Source: Candidatus Ozemobacter sibiricus
GTDB taxonomy: Bacteria; Muiribacteriota; Ozemobacteria; Ozemobacterales; Ozemobacteraceae
DNA: 64,000 nucleotides
Assembly: GCA_003327425.1 (NCBI GenBank)
Contig: QOQW01000013.1
Coordinates: 61,351 to 125,350, forward strand
Direction of reading: 5' to 3'
In this document: positions 1 to 12,500 of the stretch, in pieces
Layout: each line of letters starts with the position of its first letter
Numbering within the stretch: the stretch's first letter is position 1
The notes under the pieces: generated by a model
Seen by the model: only the letters and a program-made list of their open reading frames with translations
The model's database searches: none
What the model was told of the DNA's origin: nothing
Translations under genes and position numbers: made by a program

Positions 1-1
1 G

Positions 2-1093
2 GAGTACCTCCGCCTGCTGTTCGTGCCGCTCGAGCTGTCCCCCGTCTATCCCGTCGCCTGGGTCGGAACCGCGGCCGATCCCCGCTTCTGGGGAAGCCTG
101 ATGGCGGTCATCGCCAGCCTTGTCCTGTTCGTCCACCGCGCCCGCCTGGGAGCCGCCGGCCCGCGCCCCGTCTGGTTCGGGCTGACGACGATGGGGGCCG
201 GCCTCCTGCCCTACCTCCACCTGCGGGCCCTCGCCCCCGAACTCCTCATCCAGGACCGCTACCTCCTGCTGGCTTCCTTCGGATTCTGCCTGCTTCTGGC
301 GTTGGCCATCCGCGGCGCGACGACCCCGACCACCCGGCGTGGGCCAGCCCTGACCATCATCCTAGGCCTCACCCTGGTGTATGGCGCTTTGACCTTCCGC
401 CAGACCCGCTTCTGGCAGGATGATCTGGCGCTGTTCACGCGGGCGGCCGCCATCGCGCCGACCTCGGGCCTGGCCAACCAGAACCTAGGCATGGCGCTGC
501 TGCTGCAGGGCCGGCTCGAGGAAGCCGAAGAGCGGTTCCGGCGCAGCCTCGCCCTGGGACAGCCAGCCGCCGGCCTGGCCGGGCTCGGCGACGTGGCCTT
601 CGCGCGCGGCCAGTTCGCGGCGGCGGTGGAGGCCTATGAACAGGCCCTGGCGAGCTGCTGGAACGCGCCCGCGACCTTGCTGCGCAACCTCGGCCTGGCC
701 TATGTCAGGCTGGGGGAAGACGACCAAGCCCTGCGCACCTTCGATCTGCTGGCCGCTCGCTTTCCCGATCATCCGGGGGGGTTCCTGAACGGGGCCTTGC
801 TGCGATTGAAACGTCAGGAGCCGGCCGCGGCCCTCGAGAAGCTGGCCCGCGCGCGGGCTCTCGCCCCCCACGACCACGTGATTCCCTACTTCATGGGGGA
901 GGCCTATGACGCTCTCGGCGACCGGCGGGCGGCTCGCCAGGCATATCGGGCCGCCCTGCGTCTCGCCCCCGGGTTCGAACGGGCGGCGGCCCGGCTCGCC
1001 GACCTCGACCGGATGGAGACCGAGACGGAAAGCGGCACCGGCACCGGGACCGGGATCGCCCCTGCCCCCGCCACGCTCCCGACCGGGCCCTGA
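2..1093 (+). CDS. TPR-repeat integral membrane protein, C-terminal part (5' end lies outside the window); membrane region resembling PMT_2/DUF1736-type glycosyltransferases followed by TPR repeats
   Basis: The frame stays open back to position 2 (EYLRLLFVPLEL...), and the GTG at 23 is only the first in-window start. There are hydrophobic helices (LMAVIASLVLFV, FGFCLLLALAI) followed by TPR-like repeats (LGMALLLQGRLEEAEERFRRSLAL; AFARGQFAAAVEAYEQAL; GEAYDALGDRRAARQAYRAALRLAP). The amino-acid composition is diverse, unlike the Arg/Pro-rich opposite-strand ORFs. Confidence 0.6.
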   Translation, partial: EYLRLLFVPLELSPVYPVAWVGTAADPRFWGSLMAVIASLVLFVHRARLGAAGPRPVWFGLTTMGAGLLPYLHLRALAPELLIQDRYLLLASFGFCLLLALAIRGATTPTTRRGPALTIILGLTLVYGALTFRQTRFWQDDLALFTRAAAIAPTSGLANQNLGMALLLQGRLEEAEERFRRSLALGQPAAGLAGLGDVAFARGQFAAAVEAYEQALASCWNAPATLLRNLGLAYVRLGEDDQALRTFDLLAARFPDHPGGFLNGALLRLKRQEPAAALEKLARARALAPHDHVIPYFMGEAYDALGDRRAARQAYRAALRLAPGFERAAARLADLDRMETETESGTGTGTGIAPAPATLPTGP

Positions 1094-1153
1094 CGGCGCC
1101 GCCCGCCTTTCCTCAGCAAGCCAGACATGGTAGGCTGAACGAGAGAGGAACCC

Positions 1154-1984
1154 ATGCCCCACTCGTACCATACGCATACGGCCTGGAGCGACGGCGACAC
1201 CTCGCCCCGCGCACTCTGGGAAGAAGCCGTCCGTCGTGGCCTCGACGAACTCGGCATCTCCGACCACCTCGCCCTCCATCCGGCCTATCCCGACCTGGCC
1301 TGGTCGATGACGCCCGACGAACTGCCCGCCTATCTGGCCGAACTGGCTGATTTGCAGGCGCTGACGGCCCAGAGCGGGGCGGCGCCCGCGACCGGCGGCC
1401 CCCCTGGCCCGCCGCTGCGGGTGGGGCTAGAGGTCGATTTCATTCCCGCCACCCACGACCGGCTCGTGCCTCTGCTCGCCGCCCATGCCTTCGATTTCTT
1501 GATCGGCAGCGTCCATTTCGTGGGCGATTTCCCGATCGAGGCCCCGCCGCCGGTCTGGCAGACCCTTTCCGAACCCGCGCGCAACGAGATCTGGCGAGGG
1601 TACTGGCAGGCCATCCGGGGCCTGGCCGAGAGCCGAATGTTCGACATCGTCGGGCACCTCGATTACCCCAAGAAATTCACCCCGCCGCCGACGGTCGATC
1701 TGCGCCACGAGATCGCCGCCGCCCTCGACGCCATCGCGGCGGCTGGCCTGGTCCTCGAGCTCAACACCAACGGCTGGGACAGCCCCGCCGCGGAAGCCTA
1801 CCCGGCGCCCGCCCTGCTGGAAGCGGCCCACCACCGTGGCATTCCGCTGCTCATCTCGGCCGATGCCCATCGCCCCGCCGACCTCACCCGCCATTTCGAG
1901 CGCGCCGGGGCGCTCGCCCGCGCGGCCGGGTATCGCGAGACGGTCCGCTTCGCAGGCCGCCGTCGGCGCGCCGTGCCTCTCTGA
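1154..1984 (+). CDS. PHP-domain phosphoesterase (histidinol-phosphatase HisJ/HisK family-like)
   Basis: The N-terminal MPHSYHTHTAWSDG...GISDHL matches the PHP-domain His cluster. A GAGAGAGGAA RBS lies just upstream of the ATG at 1154. Confidence 0.7.
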   Translation: MPHSYHTHTAWSDGDTSPRALWEEAVRRGLDELGISDHLALHPAYPDLAWSMTPDELPAYLAELADLQALTAQSGAAPATGGPPGPPLRVGLEVDFIPATHDRLVPLLAAHAFDFLIGSVHFVGDFPIEAPPPVWQTLSEPARNEIWRGYWQAIRGLAESRMFDIVGHLDYPKKFTPPPTVDLRHEIAAALDAIAAAGLVLELNTNGWDSPAAEAYPAPALLEAAHHRGIPLLISADAHRPADLTRHFERAGALARAAGYRETVRFAGRRRRAVPL

Positions 1985-2019
1985 CCGCCCCCCGGATCCA
2001 TCGAAAGGAAGGAGCCACC

Positions 2020-2394
2020 ATGGGATTGATCAACATCCAGGCCTTCAACCGCATCGCTGTCTACGTGGACGATCTCGCCCTCGGCCTGCGCTTCTATACC
2101 GAAGTCCTGGGGTTCACCAAGGAGCGCGAGCTGCCGCCTGGCGTGCTCCTGCGCGCCACTCCCGACCTGGTGGTGTACCTCGAAGGCGGCCGGCGGCCGG
2201 TGGCCGAACCCGCCCTGCAGGCCCGTACCAGCCTGTGCTTCCGTACCGGCGAGGGCATCCGCGCGTCCTATCAGCGATTGCGCGAGGCCGGCGTCCGGAT
2301 GATCGGGGAATACCTGGCGCTCGCTCCTGACCTTCACCAGTTCCGCATCGCCGATCCCGCCGGCAACGTCATCGAATTCGCCGGCCGGCCCTGA
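2020..2394 (+). CDS. VOC family protein (glyoxalase/bleomycin-resistance/dioxygenase fold)
   Basis: The ORF is 124 aa. The N-terminus RIAVYVDDLALGLRFYTEVLGFT is the typical first beta-alpha-beta unit of VOC proteins. An AAGGAAGGAG RBS precedes the ATG. Confidence 0.6.
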   Translation: MGLINIQAFNRIAVYVDDLALGLRFYTEVLGFTKERELPPGVLLRATPDLVVYLEGGRRPVAEPALQARTSLCFRTGEGIRASYQRLREAGVRMIGEYLALAPDLHQFRIADPAGNVIEFAGRP

Positions 2395-2534
2395 CCGCCC
2401 GGCCTCGTCCTCGTCCTTTCATCGTCCTTTGGCCATCAGCCATCGGGGTAGCCAGAGAGCCGAGACCACCGGCGCGCGGCCCCCGGCGGCCGGGGTCGAC
2501 CTCAACCTCCCCTTGCCGGGTCACACCGGCCTCG

Positions 2535-2622
2535 GTCACCGCCCAGCTGGTGCGAGGACCCGCCGTTCACGGGCATCAATTTCCGCAGGCTTGCTCTCAC
2601 CGCCCAGCTGGCGCGAGGACCC
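2535..2622. repeat. two copies of a 26-nt direct repeat (1 mismatch) 62 nt apart in an intergenic region
   Basis: TCACCGCCCAGCTGGTGCGAGGACCC (2535-2560) and TCACCGCCCAGCTGGCGCGAGGACCC (2597-2622) lie between the VOC gene and ORF 2800..3498. Confidence 0.5.
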
Positions 2623-2799
2623 TCCCCCTCCTCCTCCTCCGACCCCGGCGCGCGATCGGCTCAGGGCGCCGGGGCGCGACCGGCCTCGGCCAGCCCCTGC
2701 AGGTAGGCCAGGCGACGTTGGTGGTAGGGCCCCCCGTCGGGGCCGAACGGCACATACTCGCTGACCGCTGCCGCCCCGCCGCAGGGGCCCCACGATGTC

Positions 2800-3498
2800 A
2801 TGGCGGTCATCCGCGAGATCTTCGATCGGGTCCGGTTCTTCCTGACGATCGGTACCATCGCGCTCTACCTCAAGAAAGGCAATCGCACCCTCACCGCCGA
2901 TCGCGTCTGCTTTCGCGCCATCCAGCACGGCTTGCTGTCGGTCAACACCTTGCAGCTGCTGCAGGCCCTGGCCCCCGCCTTCCCCGAGCCGGCCGGCACC
3001 GGCGACCTCTTCCCCCTGGTGCTGTCGCGCTTCTGCCGCCTCGACGAAGACGAGGTCGTCTTCGAGCCGTTCCTCTCCCTGCAGGAAGGATGCGCCCTGC
3101 TCGACGACCACCCCGAGGAAGTGGGCAACTTCCTGCCCGCCGCCAGCGACAGCCTGGCCCTGCTGTTGCGGAACCTCGCGCCCGCTCTCGGCCCCAACCG
3201 CCTGCTGGTCAAACGCATGCTCCCCGAAGGGACCAAGGTCTTCGACTTCTTCGCCCCTGTGGCCACCGCCATCGATCCCAAGGCGGTGCCGGCCATTCCC
3301 CTACCGGCCAATTTCGGCGTGCTCGTCAGCCAGGACTCGCTCAACAACATCGTCCTCGGCCCCTTCCTGCGCTACGACGAGACGAAGGCCGCCATGGTGT
3401 TCGGCCTGGTCGAGGAGCAACCGCTGTTCGACTTCCTCAAAAAGTACGAGGCGCACGAGGCGTATCTGTCCTACCTCTCGGAAGCCGGCAACGACTGA
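2800..3498 (+). CDS. hypothetical protein
   Basis: This 232-aa ORF has balanced, non-repetitive composition. The overlapping ORF 2550..3587 is Arg/Pro-rich and looks like an artefact. It is convergent with the 3' end of the giant gene and has no clear RBS. Confidence 0.4.
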   Translation: MAVIREIFDRVRFFLTIGTIALYLKKGNRTLTADRVCFRAIQHGLLSVNTLQLLQALAPAFPEPAGTGDLFPLVLSRFCRLDEDEVVFEPFLSLQEGCALLDDHPEEVGNFLPAASDSLALLLRNLAPALGPNRLLVKRMLPEGTKVFDFFAPVATAIDPKAVPAIPLPANFGVLVSQDSLNNIVLGPFLRYDETKAAMVFGLVEEQPLFDFLKKYEAHEAYLSYLSEAGND

Positions 3499-3529
3499 GA
3501 TCGCTTCGGTCCCAGCGCCCTCCGCTTCT

Positions 3530-6500
3530 TCACTGGCACCGCACGAGGCTGACCCGCGGTTCGGACGGATTGCCGGCCTGGTCGTAGACGATCAGCGAGA
3601 GCAGATGCAGGCTGCCGCGCTCGAGCGGAGCGGGCGGCATCACGGTCAGGTGCAGGCCGGTGCCGTCGGCGGCCACCTGCTCGGGCGAGATCGCGATCGG
3701 GCGACCATCGAGGGTCAGCACCAGCCGGGACAGGTCGATGCCGCTGTCGTCGTCGTGGAAGGCAGCGCTGACCCGGATGGCCATCGGCGGCACCGAGTCG
3801 TCGGTCTCGGGCGACAGCCGGGTGATGACCGGCGGCACCGTATCATCAGAGACCCGCAGGTCGATGACCTGGTCGGCAGTACGATGCCCCTGCCGATCGG
3901 CGACCGAGACGACGACCGTGCGGAAGCCCGCCGCCAGCGGCCCGGTCACGGCGAGGGGCACCTCGAGCCGGGCGACGCGACGGCCGGCCGGGTCTTCCCA
4001 ATGCCAGCGATAGCCGTCGAGGGCCGGCGTGGCCGGGTCGTCGGGCCAGACGCGCCGGCCGTCGATGGTCACCCGGGGCGAGGCCTCGTCGAGCCCGGCC
4101 CCGCCGGGGTCGATCCAGCGCATGACGAGGCGCTCGATGCGCGTGCTGATCACCGCGCGCGGCGGCGGCAGGGCCGAGGCCAGCACCGGCGGCCAGGTAT
4201 CGGGCCGGCAGAAGAAGGTGGTGACGGCCTCGGCCGAACGGTTGCCGGCCCGGTCGAAGACGACCAGGCTGACCAGGTGCTGCTGGTCGGGATCGAGATC
4301 GATGGCGGGGGTCCAGGTCAGAAGACCGGTCGCCGCCTCGAAGGTCAGCTCGGCCTGATCGACCCGCTCGCCGTTGCAGAACAACCGGATGTTCTCCTTG
4401 GCCAGCCCGCTGCCGCCGGTATCGGTCAGGCGGGCGCGCACCACCGGCCGGCGGTCGGTGACGACGGTCTGATCGGCCGGTTCGAGGCTGGCGATGTCCG
4501 GCGGCCGGGTGTCGAGCACCACCTTGAACTTGACGGTGGGCGAGCGCACCGGGTTCCCCTGCTTGTCGCACGCCTCGAACGAGTATGAGTACCAGGCCGT
4601 CTTCTCGTCGAGCGGCTGCACGGGGCTGAACATCACCTGGCCGGTCAGCGGGTTGTACAAGACGACATCGCGCTGGTAGCTCCACCAGTCCCAGTCTTCG
4701 CCGCTGCGGCCGGGAATGTAGTAGGTGACCTGATTGGCCACCTTCTGTCCGTTGAGCCAGAAGCTGATGGTGGTCGGATCGATGCCGGCCTCGGCATCGA
4801 ACAGGCGGCAACTGATCAGGGGATTGGCGGCATAGACCGTCTGCCCGTCGGCCGGCTCGAGGTCGGTGATCTGGGGCGGGCGCCGATCGCGGAAGGGGAT
4901 CTCCTGGCCGGCGGCGTTCCGACCCGGCGGCAGCTTGACCTCGAAGCTGACCGCTCCCGGCGGCGCGGCATTGCCCGCCTGGTCGTAGGCATAGAAGATG
5001 GCGATATGGACGCCTTCCCCCAAAGAGGTGCGCGGCGTGAAGGTGACCCGCCCGGTGACCGGGTCGTAGCTGTCAACCTCGGTGGTCACCTCGTCGATCT
5101 TGAGGCGGATGCCGGCGGTGGCCACGTCGCCTGGGCTGCAGACGATCACCGCCGACAGCTCGGGCAGGCCGGTGGCCAGGCGGGCGCCGTTGGGCGGAGA
5201 AACCTTGGTGATCTGGGGGGCCACGCGGTCGACCATGAGCTGCCCGCGGCGCGCTACCGAGGGCGTGCCATCGAGGTACTCGGCCTCCAGCAGGTAGCGG
5301 TAGGTGCCGTCGGGCAGCGGTTGCCCGCGATCGTCGTTGCCATCCCAAGGCTCGTTGTACAAAGCCGTCCGCACTTCGACGCGATCGAGCAACGTGCGCA
5401 CCGGCTGTCCGCCGCGATCGAAGATCTTCAGCGAGACGAGGCCCGGTTCGGTGACCTGGAAGGTGATGACGGCGGTGTCTTCGATGCCGTCGCCGTTGGG
5501 CGAGAAGACGGCCGGCAAGGCGAAGACCTCCTGGCAGAGGCCGGCGTCGAGCCGCACCTGCTGGCTGATCTGCAGCAGCTCGACATCTTCGATGGCGGCG
5601 AAGACGCGCAGAGTATAGAACCCGTTGCCGACCACATCCTGCCGGTCGTTCTTGCCATCCCAGACCAGGGTGGCCGGCCCGGCCGGGTAGGGAACCCCTT
5701 CGAGCAGGCGGCGCACGACCCGGCCCTGACGGTCGATCACCTCGGCGCGCAGGCGGGCCGGCCGCTCCAGGCGCCAGGCGCAGGTCAGCACGTCGTCGAG
5801 CCCGTCGGCGTCGGGGGTGACCACCGCCGGCTCGCACCGCACCTCCTGCACGATCAGATGGCGCAGCTCGACGTCGAGCGCCGCGCTGGCCGCGGCGCCG
5901 GTCGCGGTTCCGCCCGGGGCGACCGCGGGCAGGCCGATGCGGGTCTCGGGGAAGTAGCCGGGCCGGCTGAACCGCAGATCGAAGGTGCCGGGGGTCAGCC
6001 CGGCGAGCCGGAAGGCGCCGCTGGCGTCGGTCAGGGCGGTGACCGTGGTATCGAGCGCGGTCACCAGCACATCGCCGGCGGTGGTGCGGTTCTGCAACTG
6101 GACCCGCCCGGCCAGCTCGCGATCGGGCTGCCTCGCCACGTGGATCCGGCACTCGCGGGGCGCCGCCGCATGCCCGCCGAAATCGGTCATGGTGGCGCGA
6201 CAGACGTAGGTGCCGTCGGGCACGCGCTGCCCGCGATCGTCGGTCAGATCCCACAGGGTGCGGAAGGTGTTGTTCGAGAATTCGACGTCGGTGGCCAGCC
6301 GGCGGACGACCCGCCCCTGCCCATCGAGAATGAGCACGCTGGCCAGACCGTTCTCACTGGCCCGCAGCGTGATCAGGCTGCGGTCGGCGGCGCCCGCCCC
6401 CAGCGGGTCGGGGCCGTCGTCGAGGCCGGTGATGACCGGCGGGGTCTGGTCGATCATCAGGGCGTAGACCGAGAAGCTGTTCGAGCGGGCGACCGCTTCG

Positions 6501-9500
6501 CCGGTCTGCGGATCGATCGCGGTGCGCAGCGGCACCCAGGCCTGGCTCTCGGCATCCCAGCGTTTGACCACCACCGAGCGGGAACTGATTCCCCCCAGCA
6601 GCTTCTCATCGAAGGCGAAGCGCATCTCGGCCAATGGGGTGAACTTCGTCCCTTCGGGGCCGAAATCGATGGCATGGCCGCCCACCACGGCGTCGCCCGT
6701 CACCCCCGAAGCGATGGCGATCGGCTGCGCCGATACGGCGAGCGGCCCGCCCACCGCCCCGTGCGGAATCACCACCTGGCCGGCCACCCCGGGGCTGGCC
6801 GTGAACGAGGCGGCTCCGCCCGCCGCGGTCACGGTCTGGGTCGGCACCGCGATGCGGAACGCCCCGATCCCCGAGCTGGCGCCGTACCTGGCCCCGACGT
6901 CAGGGAAGGCGGGTGAATCGCACCGCACGCGGAAGTACCAGACGCCGTTGCCGAGCCGATGGTTCAGCTTGGCGGCCTGCTCTGCTTCCGACAGCACCTT
7001 CCCGAAGTCGAATTCGAGCAGGGTGCCGTGCGGAATGGGAATCTCGCGCGCCCCGACGAACTCGATATTGTCGGCGTAGAGCAGGGTGAACTTGAGCTGC
7101 CGATCATCCTCGCCGCCCAGCAGCCCATTGGCATGCCAGCTGATGCGCGGGGCGGCGGTGGTCAGCACCGGCAGCGTCGAGCGCGGCGTCTCGAGCCGGA
7201 TGACCGGCACCAGGCCCAGCGCCAGGAAATCGGACAACTGATCGGCGAACAGCTCGGCCATGACGCTGACCGGCATGTACTTCGGCGAGACGGCATTGAG
7301 AGCGTACGAGCGCAAGTTGGTCAGGAACAGGCTGCCGTAGGTCTCGAACAGCCGCCACATCATCAGCGACCAGGCCAACTCGCAGTTGAGGCCGCGGCCG
7401 GGCTTGTCCTGCAGCTCGTCGAGCCAGCCGTAGGTACCCGAAGCGTCGGCCTCGAGCGTCACCTTCTCGGCATACGAGCGGTAGAGGGCCAGGGGATCGA
7501 GCGGGCGGCGATCGGCGGTCTGCACGTGCGGCAGGGTGGCCGCGCCGCGCACGGCGTAGCTGAAGAAGGTATCCCAGCCCTGGTACCAGGCATCGCGCAG
7601 GCCCAGCGGCGTGCTGCTGTGCCGCTGGTCGAGGCGATACTGGGTAATGCCGGGTTCGAGCTTCTCGAAGATGCGATGGCGAACGAACGCGCCGTAGGCC
7701 CGGAAGAACAGATCGTCGTGCCAGACGTCGGTCCGGTCGACATGCACGCCCAGGCAGGGCGCTCCGCGCTCGGCCTTGTACAAACCATAGTGCGGATAGC
7801 TGACCGGGCGATCACCATGCGCCGGCGAGAAGGGGTAGTAGATCAAGGCGCCGCTGATGTCGACCACCCGGCTGGGCTCGCGCCGCACCGTGCTGCGCCG
7901 CGGCGCGGCCAGGGCCAGGGAGACGGCGGTCTCGACCCGGCGGGCGGCGGCCTGGCGGGCGGCCGCGTCTTCCTCCAGGCGCGCCACCGCTTCTTCGCGG
8001 GCGAGGCGCTCGCGGTACCACGGATCGAACTCCTCAGCCACCTCTTCTTCTTCCGCCGGCGGCTCGACCAGCACTTTCATCTTGGGCGACAGGGGCGTCG
8101 TTTCATAGAAAGCTGGCGGCGGCGGCAGATGCACCCCCATATCGACCGACGAGGGCTCGGCCAGGCCTGACAGGCGACCCCACGGGCTCTGCCCGCGATG
8201 GAGGAAGGCGACCTCGCCGGCTTCCCGCCGGGCGGCCAGGATGTCGCCATCGGGCGTGACATGGAAGGCGGCCAGGCCGGCCAGGGAAACTGGCGGCGGG
8301 GCGGCAGGCGCGCCGAGAGAACCGAGCCCGGCCCCCGAGCCAGGCCCGGCCCCAATCCCGGACCCTGGCCCCGACGGGCCGCCAGGGCGGGCCGCGCCGG
8401 GCACCACCTCCTTCCGGCGCTCACCGTCTTCGCCGAAGCAGAGCAGGCGGCCGCTCTTCTCGCCGACCCACCATTCATCGCTGCCGGCCCGTCGATACAG
8501 ACAGACCGGCTCGCGCAGCCCGTCGGCTTCGCCGAATCGCCGCACGATCTCGCCAGCAGGCGTCACTTCGAGCACCTGCCCCACCGCGCCGTCGAGCACC
8601 AGCGTATGCCCATTGCCGAGGCGCTCGGCGGCCAGCGGCATCTGCACCGGGCTCGAGGCAGCCAGCGTGTCCCCGCCCCACGACCAGATCATGGTCAGAT
8701 CGGTCGTCAGCTCGAGCACGCGCCGGTTGCCGGTGTCGGCCACCAGAATGGTCGGTCCTTCGGCCACGCTCAGCGAGCGCGGGTCACGCAGGCCCGTGAC
8801 CAGACCGTCATCGTCAGGGAACCAATCGGCCGCGGCCTTGACCTGCCCCTCGCGCCCGACCACCAGCATCCGCCGGCGACCGGCATCGAGGATGGCCACC
8901 TCCTCGCCCGGCAGGAAGCGCGCCCCGACCGGCCGGAACGCCTTGTCGTCGGGCGCGTAGGCCCAGTGCTGGCCTTGATCGAGCGTGTAGAGGGCGCGTA
9001 CGCGGGCGGCCCCGGCCTCGGCGATCAACGTCAGACTGCGCGGCCGTTTCTCCTTGGCCGGCGGGGGCGGCGGCACGTTCTCGTCGACCGGCGGGGCGGG
9101 CGGCGGCGGCACCACGGGCGGCGGCCCTGGCGGCGGCGGCTCGCCGTAGACGATGTCGCTGGGCGGGTCCGGCGGCGGCGGGGGCTCGAACGTGCTGGTC
9201 AGGATGGGAATGAACGTACCCTCGGTGGCGAAGCTCGGAATACGCTCGAAGACCCGGATCATCTCGTTGGCGAAGGAATGGGCCTGCACCGCCAGGTCGA
9301 GCAGGTAGAGGGCTTCGGTGCGATTGTGCCAGTAGATGCCGGGCGTGGTGCCGACCACCCCGCTCATCGCAGGATTGCGCACGTTGACCAGATTGCCTTG
9401 CAGGGTGAAAGCGGCGGCGGCATCCATGCCTTCCTGCAGGCGGATGCCGAAGGGGCTGATGAAGCCTCCGGTGCTGAGTTCCCCTTCCCAGGTGATGAGG

Positions 9501-12500
9501 ATGCCCTTCTCGGACCTGGGCCCGCCACCGGCGTAATGGTGATAGGGAATGATCTGATGGGGGGCTTGGTAGACGGTCTGCCCGATCACCTCGCCTTCGA
9601 GGTCGGCTCCCTCTTCGGGAGCGCTGAGGCGGAAGGCCTCGGTGATGCACCGGTACGGCCGTTTGCTGGGCGGGCAGGCGACGGCGGCGATGGCCCGCCG
9701 CACCTCGCGGGCGAGCGGAGTCGGGGCGGCGGGGGCAGCACCGGCCGCGGTGCCGGCCGCGCCGGCCGGCTGGCCTCCGCCCGCGCCCCCCGCCGCTGGA
9801 CCGGTCGGCGGCGCGATCACCTCGCGCACCGTCTCGACGGCCATGGCGTCGGCCACCAGTCGGATGCGCAGCTCGCTCTGGTTGACCAGTTGCACGGGGA
9901 TCCGGTAGAACCCGTTGTCATCGCGGATCTCTCCATACCCGACGAACTGCTCGACGAACTTGGGCATGTCGCCGCCGAAGGTCGGCATTTTGTAGATCTG
10001 GCTGATACGGATCTGGGTGCCGCGCGGCACGGGCCGGGTGCCGGTCTTGCGCCCTGCGGCATCGGCCGTCTCATAGGCGAGGGTGCCCTGCACGACGGTG
10101 GGCCGGGCCGCACCCTCGGCTTGCAGAACCACCGGCACGTTCAGCCGCCGTTCTGTCCACCCTTCGTTCGCCGAAGCGCCGCCAGAGCGGTATCGCAAGG
10201 TGTAGTGCAGGTCCCAGGTTCGGTTCTCTTTCACAAGGCCGACCTGGAATTTCTCTTTCTGCTGGCTCTGCTTCACCCCGACCCGGAAGTCGCCCCGCGC
10301 ATCGGCCCGGGTCTTCCCCTCGACCCCCCGGATGACGATCTTCGGTTCGGTGGCGAGCCTGGTGAGCGGCGCCCCGGCCGGCAGCGGGTGGGGCGTGATC
10401 TCGATATCCGAGATCTCCATGAAGCTGAAGTTGGTGGCGGTGAAGCCAAGATCGAAGGTTTCGCTGCTGGTGAAGGCGATCTTGGCCGGATGGAACGTCG
10501 GCGTGACTCTCAGATCCTGGTAGGAATCGCCAATGAAGAACGTGTGATCGACCCCCATGGCCAGGCCCGCGCCATTGGTGGCCCGCACGGTCAGAATGTA
10601 CAGACCTTCGGGCAGGTCTTTCGGCCCCTGGAAGGTCACCTCGGCCTTGGCGAACGATTCGTCTTTGGCCGAGCTGAACGCCCCCTCGATCCCCTTCCAG
10701 GCGACGCGTTCGGGGTCGTTGCCCCGATAGAGGAACCGCCGATCAGGGTTGTCGGCGGACGAGATGCAGAAGATCAGGTCTTTCTTGCGCACCCGGCTGA
10801 TCGAGTCGCCCACTTCGACCTTGACCTCGAACCCCTGCCCGGCCTTGGCAGCCGGCCGGTCGCTGGGCGGGGAGCGCACTACGACAGTGGGCGGGTCGGG
10901 ATCGTAGCGCAATTTGAAGGTCTTCTCGACGACATTGGAGGCATGCCCGGCCCGGTCGCGGATCCAGCCTTTGATGGTGTGCACCTTGGTCTCCGAGGTG
11001 GGCGGCGGCGGCGGCAGGACGACCTGGACCAGCCCCTGTTTATGCTTGGTTTCCTGGAAATAGTACTCTTCGTAGATTTGCGGAATGAAGCGGAAGGCGG
11101 GCAGGCGCGGGTCGTGGACGAGACGCTTGCCGTCGAGGGCGAACCACCACATCAGCGGGTCGGGGTTGAGCCCGGCATTGGCATCGGAAGCGATGAAGGT
11201 CAGCGGCACCGGCCGATCGTGGTAGAAGAGCATCTCGGCCGGGTCGTCGCTCTGCCAGGCCAGTTCGGGGTCGTCCAGATCCCATTTGCTGATGATGCGG
11301 GCGATGCTCTTGCAGATGCGGCCGAGGCGGCCCAGGTTCTTCTTCCCGACCTTCTTCTCGAGCCACTTGTAGGGCTTGTTGAGCCATTCCTCGTACTTCT
11401 CGTTGATCGAGTATTTCTTGATGAACTTCTGCATCTTCTCGCCGCCCCACAGCTCTTCGAGCTTGTCGAACTTCTTCTGGATCGTCTTGACGAACTCGTT
11501 GAACTGCTCGAAATCGACGAGATCGCGGGCGAAATTGGCCCCCATCGCGGCGAGGGCATCTTGCAGCTCTTTCAACTGGGCGTCGTCGGGCGAGGGCAGG
11601 ACGAAGCTGCCTCCCATCTTGTCGCGGAAGATCGCGTCGAACCTGGCGATGTCCAATCCTTTGATGGCCGAGAGGGCGGCGGCGCAGCGGGCCGGCAAAT
11701 GGCCGAACCCGCCGGTCAGGAAGTTGGTGATCGAGACCTTGAGGTTGTCGATCTCTTCGACGGTCGCCCCCCCGGTGATGATCAGCTTGCGGATGGTGGC
11801 GATGTCGTCCATGCGCGCTTCGAGGGCCTTCTTCAGCTCCAGGAAGCCTTCGGCCACCTGATCGAGCTTTTTGGCCTCCTCGAGGATCCCCTCGAACTGC
11901 TGCTTCTTCTCCTCGTAGTAGTCGCACAGCTTTTCGGCGTCTTCCCAGGCCTTCTCGACCTTGTCGATCCAGGCCGAGGCCTTTTCAGGCGTGAGGTCGA
12001 TGTCGCCGAACACCTTGCTGCCCAGTTCCCGGCCTTTCTTGATCAGATCGGCGATATCCTGGGCGGTCGCGGCCCGCCGGATCATCTGATTGCGGGCCTC
12101 GTAGGTCTCGCCGATCTCCTTCTTGAGGGCCGCGATCTCTTTGTCGATGGCTTGGATCTGCTGCGACAGGTCATCGCGCCGGCGGTTCTCCCCCTCGAGA
12201 TCCTGCGAGGATTCGTCGGCGGCTTCGGCTTTGCGCTCGAGCCGCTCGATATCGCGCCGCACCGCGGCCATCTCGGCTTCGAGGTCCTGGACAGCCGACT
12301 GGGCCTGCCGCAAGCCGAGCTTCTCTTCCTCGACCCGGCGTTTTTCTCGCTGGGCCTTGGCCAGCTCGGCCTCGAGCTGCCGACGGGCCTCGTGGTCGCG
12401 GGCGATTTCCTCGGGAGTGCGGGCGGCCAGCGGCCGGTTGTTCAGCTCATCGAGCCGGGCCTGCGCGGCGGTGAGGCGATCCAGCGCGGCTTCTTCGCGG

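Noticed and set aside
2535-2622. Possible CRISPR array
   Set aside because: It has only two repeat copies with a 36-nt spacer and no cas genes in the window, which is insufficient.
2550-3587. 345-aa Arg/Pro-rich ORF overlapping gene 2800..3498
   Set aside because: Its composition (RPRRAIGSGRRGATG…) is junk-like, while the overlapping 232-aa ORF has normal composition.
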